From Bdellovibrionales bacterium (GTDB taxonomy: Bacteria > Bdellovibrionota > Bdellovibrionia > Bdellovibrionales > CAYMLA01), in NCBI GenBank assembly GCA_965217115.1, contig OZ244239.1, positions 1,152,001-1,216,000 of the forward strand: DNA of 64,000 nucleotides. The letters run 5' to 3'. The notes under the pieces are model-generated. The model worked only from the letters and a program-made list of their open reading frames with translations. It ran no database searches and was not told the DNA's origin. A program made the position numbers and the translations under genes. Below are positions 31,069 to 41,208 of the stretch, one piece after another; position 1 is the stretch's first letter, and every line of letters begins with the position of its first letter.

Positions 31069-31550
31069 ATGGGAGATATCACCAAGAAAATCAAAGAAAA
31101 TCGAATATTATTTGTTATCACTATAGTGGCTAGTATCGCAATTATTAATAAACTTCAAAAAACCTTATCGTCATCAGAAGTAAGTACCAATGTTACTAAA
31201 AACTCTTTCAACCGAGGAACCTCTTCTGTCACGAAACAAAAAGTAGCAAAACAGGTTTATAAAAAAAGGCTCATCGTAATAAACCAACATCACAGGTGCT
31301 CTCTCCTTTAAAAGGAGACAGTGCGGGGCGTTATTTTAAATTTATACCTATCGATGAAAAAAATATGAAGGAAATCGTTATTGGTCATACTATAATAAGA
31401 CTTCCTTATCCTTCAAATTCCTACTTTGAACAAGGGGAGAACTCTCCTCTTTATTTGGTTATTAAAGATTTGACGGAACTTTATGTTGGCGGTGATCGTG
31501 TTGAAAATATTCAAAAAACCTATGAAAATCAAAAACTTGTATTATCGTAA
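31069..31550 (+). pseudogene. Membrane-anchored hypothetical protein split by an apparent frameshift in an A7 run
   Basis: ORFs 31069-31311 and 31296-31550 join into one ~160-aa frame if one A is added at 31261-31267. Confidence 0.45.
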
Positions 31551-31606
31551 GAATCATTCAAAATTATTTTTTCTAAGCAATTCTCAAATTTGAAGGGTCC
31601 TATTGA

Positions 31607-33235
31607 ATGAAGCAAATAAAAAAAAGCACAAGACAGTACGTCTTTCGCTCCTCTCCTGAATGTCACCTTAAATGCTCTTATTGCTATGCTCTAGGAATGA
31701 AATCCCAAGGAGAGAAAACTCTTTCTTCTCTAAAAAAAGGTATCACCAAAGCTCAGTTTGGCCGTAACCACAATTTCATATTTCCATGTAACACTGTTTT
31801 TTCCGAAAAATTGAACGATATTTTAAAACTCTCTGTTGGACAAAAAAAATCTTGGCTTCTTCACTGTCAATACCCTACAGATACTTGGGAAAAAGTTCTA
31901 GGTTTAAGCCTAGATGATCCTATCTATATCTGGCTGGATGACTGGAATAATGAAATTAACACTAAGTTACAAAATATAATTACACAAAATCGTTCTTACA
32001 AAATCATTCTCCCTCTCATCCCTCAGGTAAATATTAAATTACTTTTACAAGAGTTAAAACGGTATAAAATTTCTAATGAAGATATTATGAGCTATGCGCC
32101 TATCAATTGGAGTAATGACTCACGTCTATTTACGCCGACACAAATCCACCGCCTTATGAATAGAGTAACTCAATCACACCCCTCATTCCGATTTCAAACT
32201 ATGCTAGGTTGGGACACCTATAACTCTTCCATTCCGGACCATCTAGAGGTAGACGCCATCTATAAGCCTTCCTTTAGAAAAACAAGTCCTAGTCCAGAAA
32301 AAATCAAAATTTCTGTAATCATTCCCACTTACAATAACAAAAACTACTTAAGTAATGTAATCAGCCATCTTTGTCAGCAGGATTACCCGAAAGAGCAATA
32401 TGAGCTCATCATAGTTGACGATGGTAGCACTGATAACACTTTAACGACCATCCAAAATCAACTCAAAAACGAAGATGTTTATCATAAATACATCTTTTTT
32501 CCTCGTGGTGAAAAACGCGAGATGGGTGACAATCAGTATCGAGCTGGGTTAGCTCGAAATCTAGGTATGCAAAATGCCTCTGGAAGTATTTATAGTTTCT
32601 TAGATTCGGACATCCTCGTCCCCTCTCATTATCTCTCTACAGTAGATAAACAACTTGAGAGCTTTGATGTTTTACAAACCCGACGCTTCGATCTTATAGA
32701 ATCCTCTAGCTATCGTTGGACTCAATATAGCCAACTATCACTGAAAGAAGATACTTCTGTTAATTTGATGGGCTACTGGGAGATATTCAATCTAAAGACA
32801 CAAGATTGGCAGGCTCTTCAAAATCATTGGAAATACGTCTGCACTCACTCGTTATCATTAAAAGCTTCCTTAATTGACCAAGCGGGCTGGTTTCGACGTA
32901 ATTATAATTTTTATGGTTATGAAGATGTTGAACTAGGTCATCAACTTTCTACCCTCGGTGCTCATTTTCACTTACTAGATATACCCACGTATCATCTTTT
33001 TCACCAAACGACCAGATCAGAGTTTCAGAACTCTAGCCTAAAACGTAATCTCGTTCTTTCATATTCATCGGCAATATTTTTTTATAACACTCTATCTAAT
33101 GAAGCTTATAAACACATTCGACCTCACCAGAAAATGGGTAATAAGTTCTATAATAGTCGATTCAGTAAATTAATACGTCGAATTTTTGACAGTTATTTAA
33201 GCTGGTGTACAAAACGAAAACACATCAACAAGTAA
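31607..33235 (+). CDS. Radical-SAM-like N-terminal domain fused to GT2 glycosyltransferase
   Basis: CHLKCSYC at residues 18-25; C-terminal SVIIPTYN, VDDGSTD, ARNLG, FLDSD, YGYEDVELG. Confidence 0.85.
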   Translation: MKQIKKSTRQYVFRSSPECHLKCSYCYALGMKSQGEKTLSSLKKGITKAQFGRNHNFIFPCNTVFSEKLNDILKLSVGQKKSWLLHCQYPTDTWEKVLGLSLDDPIYIWLDDWNNEINTKLQNIITQNRSYKIILPLIPQVNIKLLLQELKRYKISNEDIMSYAPINWSNDSRLFTPTQIHRLMNRVTQSHPSFRFQTMLGWDTYNSSIPDHLEVDAIYKPSFRKTSPSPEKIKISVIIPTYNNKNYLSNVISHLCQQDYPKEQYELIIVDDGSTDNTLTTIQNQLKNEDVYHKYIFFPRGEKREMGDNQYRAGLARNLGMQNASGSIYSFLDSDILVPSHYLSTVDKQLESFDVLQTRRFDLIESSSYRWTQYSQLSLKEDTSVNLMGYWEIFNLKTQDWQALQNHWKYVCTHSLSLKASLIDQAGWFRRNYNFYGYEDVELGHQLSTLGAHFHLLDIPTYHLFHQTTRSEFQNSSLKRNLVLSYSSAIFFYNTLSNEAYKHIRPHQKMGNKFYNSRFSKLIRRIFDSYLSWCTKRKHINK

Positions 33236-33303
33236 AAATTCAAATGGCACTCCACCAGGATAAAACGAGGGGAATCAAAACCTAAGAAATTAATTAAAAA
33301 AGA

Positions 33304-34755
33304 TTATGGTGGGAGCGAACATGGAGGAAAACCGACATCTGGGCAACTCGAAGTTAAACAGTTATAGTATCCCCCAAGATAATACCCCAAATAAGTTCTG
33401 CCGTAATAACGATATCCTACGGGATTAGAACCGTCATAGCACAGGTATTGAGGACCCCAACCGGGTTGATAAGAACAAAGGTATCCACAGGGGGGTGCTT
33501 CAACTTCACTACGTGCTATTTCAGTAATATAATTTCCTGAAGGGTCGACGACAATAACATCCATTATCATCTCACAACCTAGAGGCATATCGCTATAAGT
33601 GAGAGTTAGCTGTTTTGAATCAGTTATACTCGACGGATCACTTGGCGTCCAACTGGGGGTTGCTGGAGAAACACCACAAAGCTTAGCTTCTGCACAAGGA
33701 GTCCAATCGGCTGTGTACGCTGTGGCAAAACTTCTTCCATCCCATTGACTTTCTCCATGTCCACCATAACAAAGTACGTCGAGTATTTTTTGGGTTGACC
33801 GCTCTTTACACAAAAACAAGGACCCTTTGGGTAAATTACTACTATAACCGATAGTTAGTGTGACATCATCTGTTATCAGAGAGGGGCAGAACCCTGAATA
33901 GTTTTCGTGGGGGTTTGCGAAACTCACATTAGGTGGATTTGTAATGGCAGGAGCCTGATACCAAGTGATAAGCTTGGTTGAAAAGCAACTTAGCATGTTA
34001 GTCTTTGAAGTATCCCTTGGCTCATAGTAATCTATAAATATTTGCACTTTCATCCCATGGTCCGCTAGTGTTGGCGTTTGAAACCACCCATTAGAAAAGA
34101 CATTATTGGAATTACGAGGTATCGGTCTAAAAATAATCGGAGATGGTAGAGCCGTATTTTCAACCCCCGTACTTAAGTTTACGGGAACCATACGAAAGCG
34201 CACTTGATCAAAAATTAAATCAATCTCCGATAAATCAACCAACCCCTCCAAGGCCGAATCAGCAACCCCGGTGTTAGAAGTTAACGCTGAGATATTACTA
34301 TAGTTATTATAAAAAGCAGCTAACCCTCTTAATGCTCCGTTAACTAAAAGAGAGTTGCGCAATGTTGTAAGGGGGGTTGTTGTTGTGTCGATAATAGAAT
34401 GGGAAAAATCATTTTTCCATAATGAACTTTTAGAAATTAAACTACTATCTTGTATTTCAAACGATTCCAAATCAGAGCTTATAATAATGTGTGATCCAGA
34501 TCCAGAAGAGACAAAAGTGTCGGCTATCTCTGTTACATGACCATCAAACTGTAATTTTGTCATGTACGTATTGGCCGCTTGTTCACAAACACCAATGGAG
34601 CGCTTTTTTCTATACAACGTTCTAATATTAGAAAAATCAGTAATTACAAGAGCAAAAATTCCTAAAATTGCTACTCCTATTATAGATTCAATAAGAGAAA
34701 AGCCATCTTGTTTTCTCATCAAAGAAAGCGTGCAGTTTTTTATTCTATCTATCAT
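33304..34755 (-). CDS. Large type IV pilin-like protein with Cys/Tyr-rich C-terminus
   Basis: KQDG|FSLIES class III signal; Cys-rich tail. Start at ATG 34755 (ATGA overlap with upstream gene). Confidence 0.8.
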   Translation of the reverse strand: MIDRIKNCTLSLMRKQDGFSLIESIIGVAILGIFALVITDFSNIRTLYRKKRSIGVCEQAANTYMTKLQFDGHVTEIADTFVSSGSGSHIIISSDLESFEIQDSSLISKSSLWKNDFSHSIIDTTTTPLTTLRNSLLVNGALRGLAAFYNNYSNISALTSNTGVADSALEGLVDLSEIDLIFDQVRFRMVPVNLSTGVENTALPSPIIFRPIPRNSNNVFSNGWFQTPTLADHGMKVQIFIDYYEPRDTSKTNMLSCFSTKLITWYQAPAITNPPNVSFANPHENYSGFCPSLITDDVTLTIGYSSNLPKGSLFLCKERSTQKILDVLCYGGHGESQWDGRSFATAYTADWTPCAEAKLCGVSPATPSWTPSDPSSITDSKQLTLTYSDMPLGCEMIMDVIVVDPSGNYITEIARSEVEAPPCGYLCSYQPGWGPQYLCYDGSNPVGYRYYGRTYLGYYLGGYYNCLTSSCPDVGFPPCSLPP

Positions 34756-35477
34756 AGAATTCCAATTGTTTGCTGTAACCAATCAGATGGGTTTGTAGAG
34801 ACACTCTCACAACTACTTTTTAGGCACATCCTTATTCTATAACATTCAACTCCACTATTGCAACTCACACAGTCCGGAGAACTACAGCCTGTAGGAACAA
34901 AAAAAGTATTTGTTGGTTGTCCTGTTGACAAACTAGGTAAGTGCGATTCAGGCGGGGTTAAATTGCTCGCATAAGCTTTATCAATATAATTAAACGAACT
35001 GAAGGCATTATAGATACTTGTCCACAGTTTTTTCCATACACTTTGAGAGTCTACATAATTTTTATATTGTTTCCTACCTGTATCAAACTTAACAACCTCA
35101 ACATTAATTCTACTATTGTCTAAACAGATGCTATCGTCTGGGAAAAGACTACTCTCAAAACACTTTATCCCTCCATTCTTCGTAGTATTATTATCAGGCG
35201 TTACACAAAATACTGGGTTAAGATTATTGGGAATGGAGTTCATTCCCGGCGGACAAGTGCCTCCATTGTTTCTTAATGTATCAACACCTACTCGTATCAA
35301 AATTGACATTTGTTCTGAAATCTCGATTGAGGCTATAGCTATTTTAGTCCTATTTAAGAGACGCAAACTCCACAGGAAGCCCCTGTCTGCTTGAAGAATG
35401 ACCAATGTTGCCACTAACATCATTGTAACTGCAATTAAAATAGTAGCTATTCCATTTTCATTTTTTCTTAAGTTCAT
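34752..35477 (-). CDS. Minor pilin, PilX/GspK-like (no Glu5)
   Basis: NENG|IATILIA leader; Cys-rich C-terminus. Confidence 0.65.
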   Translation of the reverse strand: MNLRKNENGIATILIAVTMMLVATLVILQADRGFLWSLRLLNRTKIAIASIEISEQMSILIRVGVDTLRNNGGTCPPGMNSIPNNLNPVFCVTPDNNTTKNGGIKCFESSLFPDDSICLDNSRINVEVVKFDTGRKQYKNYVDSQSVWKKLWTSIYNAFSSFNYIDKAYASNLTPPESHLPSLSTGQPTNTFFVPTGCSSPDCVSCNSGVECYRIRMCLKSSCESVSTNPSDWLQQTIGIL

Positions 35478-35478
35478 A

Positions 35479-36294
35479 TTAAAAACTCGGTAGAATACTA
35501 CGATAAAAATGAATTAAACCGTGTAATCGTGACTTATAGTTACCGATCGTGTACCCATAAGCATTATTTCTTAAGGTAACACTAAAAGCTCGTTTGATAT
35601 CATAAAAATCTGCCATACTAGGGCAAATAGAAGATTCGATCTGTTCCATAGAACAAAAATTACGCGGACTCTTCTGACTACCAAAATAGCGCAAAACCAC
35701 ATTAAACTCGACGCTTATAGGCCGGTTATCTACATGCTGAATTCTCTTAACTTCAAATGCGACTATGTTATCAATAAAATAATCACCATAATCTGGCTCA
35801 ACAACACCGTCACTGTCTTTCGTCACTGTTCCACTAGAATTTCGATGGCCACCTGGATCAATGAAAAGAACCCCCGAAGTGTTCTGCGTCGGCTCAGCAT
35901 AGAAAATACCTGTTGGTAAAATCTGAGCATCATCAGCTCCAACTTCTCTATTAAATACTGCAATAGTTTTTATTCTCGGAAATGGGGGGGAAAGAACAGC
36001 TTCATTCGAAGAAAACTCTCGGATTCTCCCTTCTCCGGTTGTCATATTAAAACTATCCAAATCGGTCGTGCTTAAAGTAACATTCATTGCTTGCTGTAAC
36101 GTCTTTCTTAACTCCAAGTCCAGTCTCATTAAGCTTATCTCTGTATTAATATGATTTCTTATCGACAAGGCACTAGAAAGTTGAATAAGCATCAACGAAT
36201 ATATGCCAAGAATCACAATGGAGGAGACGGTAAGAGCAATTAATAACTCAACCAATGTGGCCCCTTTATTATTAATCAAGACTCGTCTGAGCAT
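35479..36294 (-). CDS. Minor pilin, PilW/GspJ-like
   Basis: NNKG|ATLVELLIAL class III signal. Confidence 0.8.
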   Translation of the reverse strand: MLRRVLINNKGATLVELLIALTVSSIVILGIYSLMLIQLSSALSIRNHINTEISLMRLDLELRKTLQQAMNVTLSTTDLDSFNMTTGEGRIREFSSNEAVLSPPFPRIKTIAVFNREVGADDAQILPTGIFYAEPTQNTSGVLFIDPGGHRNSSGTVTKDSDGVVEPDYGDYFIDNIVAFEVKRIQHVDNRPISVEFNVVLRYFGSQKSPRNFCSMEQIESSICPSMADFYDIKRAFSVTLRNNAYGYTIGNYKSRLHGLIHFYRSILPSF

Positions 36295-36786
36295 CCCCCT
36301 TCCCCTATATGCAACACAAGTAGAACTTTCAATATTCTACAGTTTCACCAAATCTACTAGTAATATCTAGCCAATCGTTACTCTCTCTCTCTAGATATAA
36401 TGCCATATATTAGGCAATTCGTCTACATTTCAACTCTAATTTAGAGACATCTGATTTTATATAAGCCTCAAAGGCTTCCCATTTATGAACTCCTTAATAA
36501 AACCATGATTCTTCGTTTTTGGAATAATGAGTATGAAAAATATCTTGCCCAGTCATCTCTCCGTCAAATACGGCATAGTTGATACTTTCTGCGGATAATT
36601 CGTAAAATCTCCTTGCTTGCCTCGTTTTCTGAGCAAGTTTAAATGTCTCTCCTACTATTGCCAGAGGGGGTGTTTCTATCCTAAGCTGTAGCAGCTTGGA
36701 ATAGCTTTACATGATATTCCCAGTTAACGACCTTTATCTAGTTAATTCCTGTCTGTCACCTCCTTTGTATCGATGACGTATTTTTA

Positions 36787-36980
36787 AATACCTCTCTAAA
36801 ATAGCTACCATAAAATAAGTTAAGCTTTTAGAATATCTGAACAAAGGAGTTTTTTAATGGCATACAAGAAATACACGACAATTGGATTTTTTTTAGGACA
36901 GTGCATAACAAAAAAAGGCTAGAGAAGAGTTGATTTGGCGATCCAAATTTTCTGGCAAAGACTTTATCTGCCCCAACTGC
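36787..36980 (+). mobile_element. Second IS1595 end remnant (direct repeat of 26590-26783)
   Basis: About 190 bp near-identical to 26590-26783, ending at ...TGCCCCAACTGC. Confidence 0.85.
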
Positions 36981-37077
36981 CTTATCACTGGAAGAGGGAA
37001 TCCTCCCTTTAAATTTTTTGCTGAAGTTTTTTAATTGTTTTAATTTTTTGCATTACAGTGTCCCGAATAAATTGTGT

Positions 37078-37692
37078 ATGAATAAAAGAATAGTCACTAA
37101 TATTTTTATAGCGATAACATTGGGTGGAGCCTATACTGTAGGTTACTTTGAGAAGTATATTGATAGTCGCAATTGGGACGTGACCCCCTATATCTCCGAT
37201 CCTTTATTTAAAGACGACATTCGTTCAACCAGAAATATACGTTTTTGGCCGTTTTCCCGTTTTGCTGTGTTTAGCGATCCCTACGGCAAGAATAATAATG
37301 TCAATAGGGTTGAAGCAAGAGGGGTGACTGAGTCTGGTGAGGAAGTCATTTTGAACATAGCTAAAACATTTTATCCACTGTGGGAAAATGGATTACATAG
37401 GGGGTTAAAAAGATCAATAATTCGTGGATATGACCCCAAGAAGGTATTAGATAGTCTTGGAGGCCTTTACTATAGAAGGTTTATGAAGTACGCATGGCAA
37501 AACAATCCAGAAATGAGAGAACGCTATCCACGTATTACAAAAATTAACTGGTATATTCAATTATGGAAGTTTGGAGAGTGGGTTGATTTTCGTAAAGAGC
37601 ATGAGCATTTTTCAGATTGGTTTGATTTTAAAAAGTACCCTCAAAAACCTATTTATCATAACCTTTATCATACTAGTGTAGTACGTCCGTGA
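37078..37692 (+). CDS. Membrane-anchored protein with WPFS motif, partner of the HTTM protein
   Basis: N-terminal TM, FWPFSRFAVFS; GTGA overlap with the HTTM gene. Confidence 0.6.
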   Translation: MNKRIVTNIFIAITLGGAYTVGYFEKYIDSRNWDVTPYISDPLFKDDIRSTRNIRFWPFSRFAVFSDPYGKNNNVNRVEARGVTESGEEVILNIAKTFYPLWENGLHRGLKRSIIRGYDPKKVLDSLGGLYYRRFMKYAWQNNPEMRERYPRITKINWYIQLWKFGEWVDFRKEHEHFSDWFDFKKYPQKPIYHNLYHTSVVRP

Positions 37693-38621
37693 ACTGGTTT
37701 TTTGAAAAGTGGAATACTTTTTGGTACGCTCCAGCTTCTCCTATAAACTTGGGAGTGTCGCGGGCTTTGTATTGTTTGTTCATGGCGCAGTACACTTGGT
37801 TTTTTGATCGGTTTTCACGTTATTGGTTTGATTTACCCGAAATATGGTGGACACCTAATTGGCTTATGTCTTTCTTTGAGTATATTCCAGTTACAGTGGA
37901 TCAATATTTGTTTTTGCATACGGTTTTAGCAATTCTCTTTTTACTTTCTGGGCTTGGGGTTTTTACTCGCTGGTCACTCTTTTTTTGTGCAATCTTAGCA
38001 ACTTTTATCTATGCAGCTAGAGCTTCATTCATGGAACCTCAACATGACAATCTCGTGGTAGCTCCTATATTGTGGGTTTTTGCTTTATCCAAAAGTGGAG
38101 ACGCATTTGCGCTTGATCGAATTTGGAAAAAAAGAAATTTCCAACTAAGTGGCGAATACACTTGGCCCATAAAATTATTATGCCTTTTGTGTGTAAGTTA
38201 CTATACATCCGCAGGAGTATCAAAAATAGTGACTTCGGGTTGGGAGTGGTTGTGGGGTGATACACTTTTAAATTATTTTATTTTTTCTTACTATAAGACA
38301 GACACTGATTGGATTGGTTTATTTCTAGGGGTTGGTTTGTTTTTTGCTCAGTTTCCACTTTTATGTAAAATTGGAGGGGCATTTACTATTTTTGTAGAAG
38401 TGATTCAACCCTTTGCGATATTTAATAAATGGCTTCGGCGAATTTTTGTTCCCTTAATGGTGCTTTTGCAGTTTGGATTTCATGTGACTTGCGCCAACGG
38501 ATTTTTTAATATGATTGCTGTTTTTTTTTCGTGGATGAATTGGGAATTCTTGTTTAAAAAATTAAATTGGTTTCAATCGAAAAGTTCTTCTGATCTAAAT
38601 AAATCTGAGAATAAGCTCTAA
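37689..38621 (+). CDS. HTTM-domain membrane protein (vitamin-K-dependent carboxylase/SdpB-like TM domain)
   Basis: NLGVSRAL, LGVFTR, WPIKLL...YYTSAGVSK...W..GDTL, FVEV, FHV pattern. Confidence 0.75.
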   Translation: MNWFFEKWNTFWYAPASPINLGVSRALYCLFMAQYTWFFDRFSRYWFDLPEIWWTPNWLMSFFEYIPVTVDQYLFLHTVLAILFLLSGLGVFTRWSLFFCAILATFIYAARASFMEPQHDNLVVAPILWVFALSKSGDAFALDRIWKKRNFQLSGEYTWPIKLLCLLCVSYYTSAGVSKIVTSGWEWLWGDTLLNYFIFSYYKTDTDWIGLFLGVGLFFAQFPLLCKIGGAFTIFVEVIQPFAIFNKWLRRIFVPLMVLLQFGFHVTCANGFFNMIAVFFSWMNWEFLFKKLNWFQSKSSSDLNKSENKL

Positions 38622-38657
38622 GAGAGCGAGAAGCAAGGCGTTACATTTGAACGATTG

Positions 38658-38836
38658 AATGCCTATCTAAAATAGCTACCAAGGTTTAAGCAGCTGTACA
38701 CGCAACCAAAGCTCCAGACTCTATATTTTTATCTACAAACTCTTGGACATTTTGCTTCTTCTCAGGCTCAACACTTAGAGTTTTCTAGAGCCGTTCCCAT
38801 CCTCATCCCCACCAAAGAATGGCAATCTTGGCATTT
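38658..38836 (-). mobile_element. Third IS1595 remnant, inverted
   Basis: 24 bp identical to 26590-26613; 38775-38836 is an inverted copy of 26829-26894; DDE-like fragment VQEFVDKNIESGALV on the minus strand. Confidence 0.75.
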
Positions 38837-39164
38837 TTTTTTATAAGAAGTAACTTGGTAACTCTCCCACAATAGGGCAATATATTGAGGTACAGCTTCG
38901 TGATTCATCGTTGGATTCCTTCGTTGTTTCAATGCCTTAAACATGATGAGTGTGGTAACCCTCAATATGAGGCAATTCGATCGAGGTGAATTAACGTTTC
39001 ACTCACGGGTAGTATTTGACACATGGTGCGCAATGTTATACGGTTTACAGAGTGAGAACTGGTGTTGTCAGCGGGGGAGGGACCTTTTACTCTTCGTGAA
39101 GGTATGAGGTAAAGCTCAGTGGTTTTTATACATTATAGAGAAGTTTTATTCTTTGGAGTGATAA

Positions 39165-40052
39165 ATGAATAGACGTTGTTTTGTCCTTGGTGGCTTGCTT
39201 GGTGGGGTGAGTTTGACTCTCCCTAAAATTTTCGAATTGAACAGATTATCTAATGTGAACAGAGGGAGAACCATTGTTTATGGAGCCTCTCAATCAGGAA
39301 CTCTAAAACTTGCTGCAGCTCTTAAGGGAGAGTATCTTGGGAATTCTAATGCGAGTTATCTAGGAAATTATTTTAATATTTTTGGTTCACTTTTTAAGTC
39401 GGATATTGAATCCACAGCTATTCCTTGCGTGAAAAAGCAGTCTTTCCCAGGCTGTTATAAAACTAATTTTAGATTAGAACGGAATAGAATTGTTGAGTTT
39501 AAAGATTTTGTTAAAGAACCGTTCTCAGAGAGGAAGGAGCTTCTAAGAAGAGAGGAATTACTTAGAAAGTCTAATGAATCCCATCTTATTGTCGTCTCTA
39601 GTTGGGTAGACGCTCATGATGACGTTGGAGTGTGTGATCGATTACTAAATAATCCGAAAAATAATATTTATGTGGTTGTGCCGAGTAATATTGAGAAACT
39701 TTTACTTAGGCAAGCTCTAGCTGATGTCACAGATATTTGGTCCAGGCCAGTTGGTCTACCTAAACTAGATCCAGAAGGTTTAACAGCTCCTTCGTCAATT
39801 GTTTTTGAAGATGTTAAATTGGAATTACTTGCATTCAAACGAAGACTTTCGATTCCCCATGCTAAATATGTCTTTTCTTCGCAATTAGAAGATAAGAGAG
39901 ATATTTTGCAAGTTATTGGCAAGAATGGTTCTGGCAGCTGGAATGATAAAGAGAACTTTGAACCTGAGTTTAGAAAAAAGCTGCGAGATTATTTCACTAA
40001 TCGTAAAGAAATACTTACTATGGTTTCTAAACTTGAAAGAGTAATTGCTTAG
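39165..40052 (+). CDS. Tat-signal protein, distantly Stf0-type sulfotransferase-like
   Basis: MNRRCFVLGG twin-arginine leader; IVYGASQSGT resembles the 5'-PAPS loop; LLRQALADVTDIW resembles the 3'-PAPS segment. Confidence 0.45.
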   Translation: MNRRCFVLGGLLGGVSLTLPKIFELNRLSNVNRGRTIVYGASQSGTLKLAAALKGEYLGNSNASYLGNYFNIFGSLFKSDIESTAIPCVKKQSFPGCYKTNFRLERNRIVEFKDFVKEPFSERKELLRREELLRKSNESHLIVVSSWVDAHDDVGVCDRLLNNPKNNIYVVVPSNIEKLLLRQALADVTDIWSRPVGLPKLDPEGLTAPSSIVFEDVKLELLAFKRRLSIPHAKYVFSSQLEDKRDILQVIGKNGSGSWNDKENFEPEFRKKLRDYFTNRKEILTMVSKLERVIA

Positions 40053-40118
40053 ATCTAGTGGCGACGGACGTTTCGAGTATTTGAAAATAATTAGTAAAGA
40101 TGTCTTTTGGACTTAATA

Positions 40119-41207
40119 ATGGCTGTGAGTGTAAGAGTTAACGAAGATGTTTTTTGGACTTATAACGGTGATAAATATAAGAATAAATGGCATCTCTTTA
40201 GTAGTACAAAAGGCAGTACCCAAGGAGTGGGGTTTCATTACCATGATGAGTCTTTTTCCTTATTTGATTGGAGTAAAGAACCTGAGGCCTCTTGGGAGAC
40301 TATTCTTAAATCAAGAGCAGAACAGTTAAGACAAAAATATGGCTATATAAGATTATTTTATAGCGGAGGTGTTGATTCTCAAACAATGCTTGAAACCTTT
40401 ATTAAGAACAAGATCTTCTTAGATGAAATTCTTGTATTTAGAGGGTCAGTATGGACAGATGATTTAGAGAGTGACCCCGCGGAAGTTGAGGTGACACAGG
40501 TTGCTCTTCCCTATCTTAAATCAATTAAAAACTTAATTCCTCGTACAAAGATAACTGTACTTAAAACCTCTGTAGATAGACTCACTAACGAGGTTAGCGA
40601 AAAGTATTTCTATGAAGAGAGTACCTTTGCTTTAAGGGCTTGGAGAGAAAAGCACCTCTATGCATTTCATCCTGAATTATATAAGCCTTTTGAGAAAGGA
40701 CTTTATCATTGTGATTTGAGGGGCGGAGATAAACCAAGGGTCCTCAAAATGGACAACAAATACTTTATGGCCATGTGGGATGGAAGTCGTATTTGGGAAG
40801 TTGGAGATCGGTTTTTAGAAAATTTCTATCTGTCTCCTGAGTTTCCCGAAATTCACTCAAAGCAATGTCACATGATAAAAAACTTTATAAAAATGGATTC
40901 TAAAGACGGCGAGTGTATTAAAAAGTATTTTGATGTCTTTGACGGAGGAGAAATTGAAACTATTAATAAAATTTGTAGAGTGCCGAGATTTAAAGAAATT
41001 AATTTAGGAAAAGGAACTAGCGGTGTAAGTTCTCGTAAACAGATAATCGTTTTGAACAGTGCAAAAAAGTACAATAAAAAATTATATGAGCTATGGATGA
41101 GTTTTATTCGCAATGAAGGGGTGGTTTACCCTCAACGCTTCAACAATAATGATATTTGGAGTGATTTTGTCGGTGTTTTGTCCAAAAAATATTGGCTTGG
41201 TGAGTAA
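40119..41207 (+). CDS. PP-loop (adenine nucleotide alpha-hydrolase-like) protein
   Basis: RLFYSGGVDS motif; no glutaminase domain. Confidence 0.7.
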   Translation: MAVSVRVNEDVFWTYNGDKYKNKWHLFSSTKGSTQGVGFHYHDESFSLFDWSKEPEASWETILKSRAEQLRQKYGYIRLFYSGGVDSQTMLETFIKNKIFLDEILVFRGSVWTDDLESDPAEVEVTQVALPYLKSIKNLIPRTKITVLKTSVDRLTNEVSEKYFYEESTFALRAWREKHLYAFHPELYKPFEKGLYHCDLRGGDKPRVLKMDNKYFMAMWDGSRIWEVGDRFLENFYLSPEFPEIHSKQCHMIKNFIKMDSKDGECIKKYFDVFDGGEIETINKICRVPRFKEINLGKGTSGVSSRKQIIVLNSAKKYNKKLYELWMSFIRNEGVVYPQRFNNNDIWSDFVGVLSKKYWLGE

Positions 41208-41208
41208 A

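Noticed and set aside
36470..36730. Possible decayed IS200/IS605 tnpA on the minus strand (WEYHV..., EILRII..., IIPK...GK)
   Set aside because: Several stops and frameshifts; similarity too weak to support by eye.
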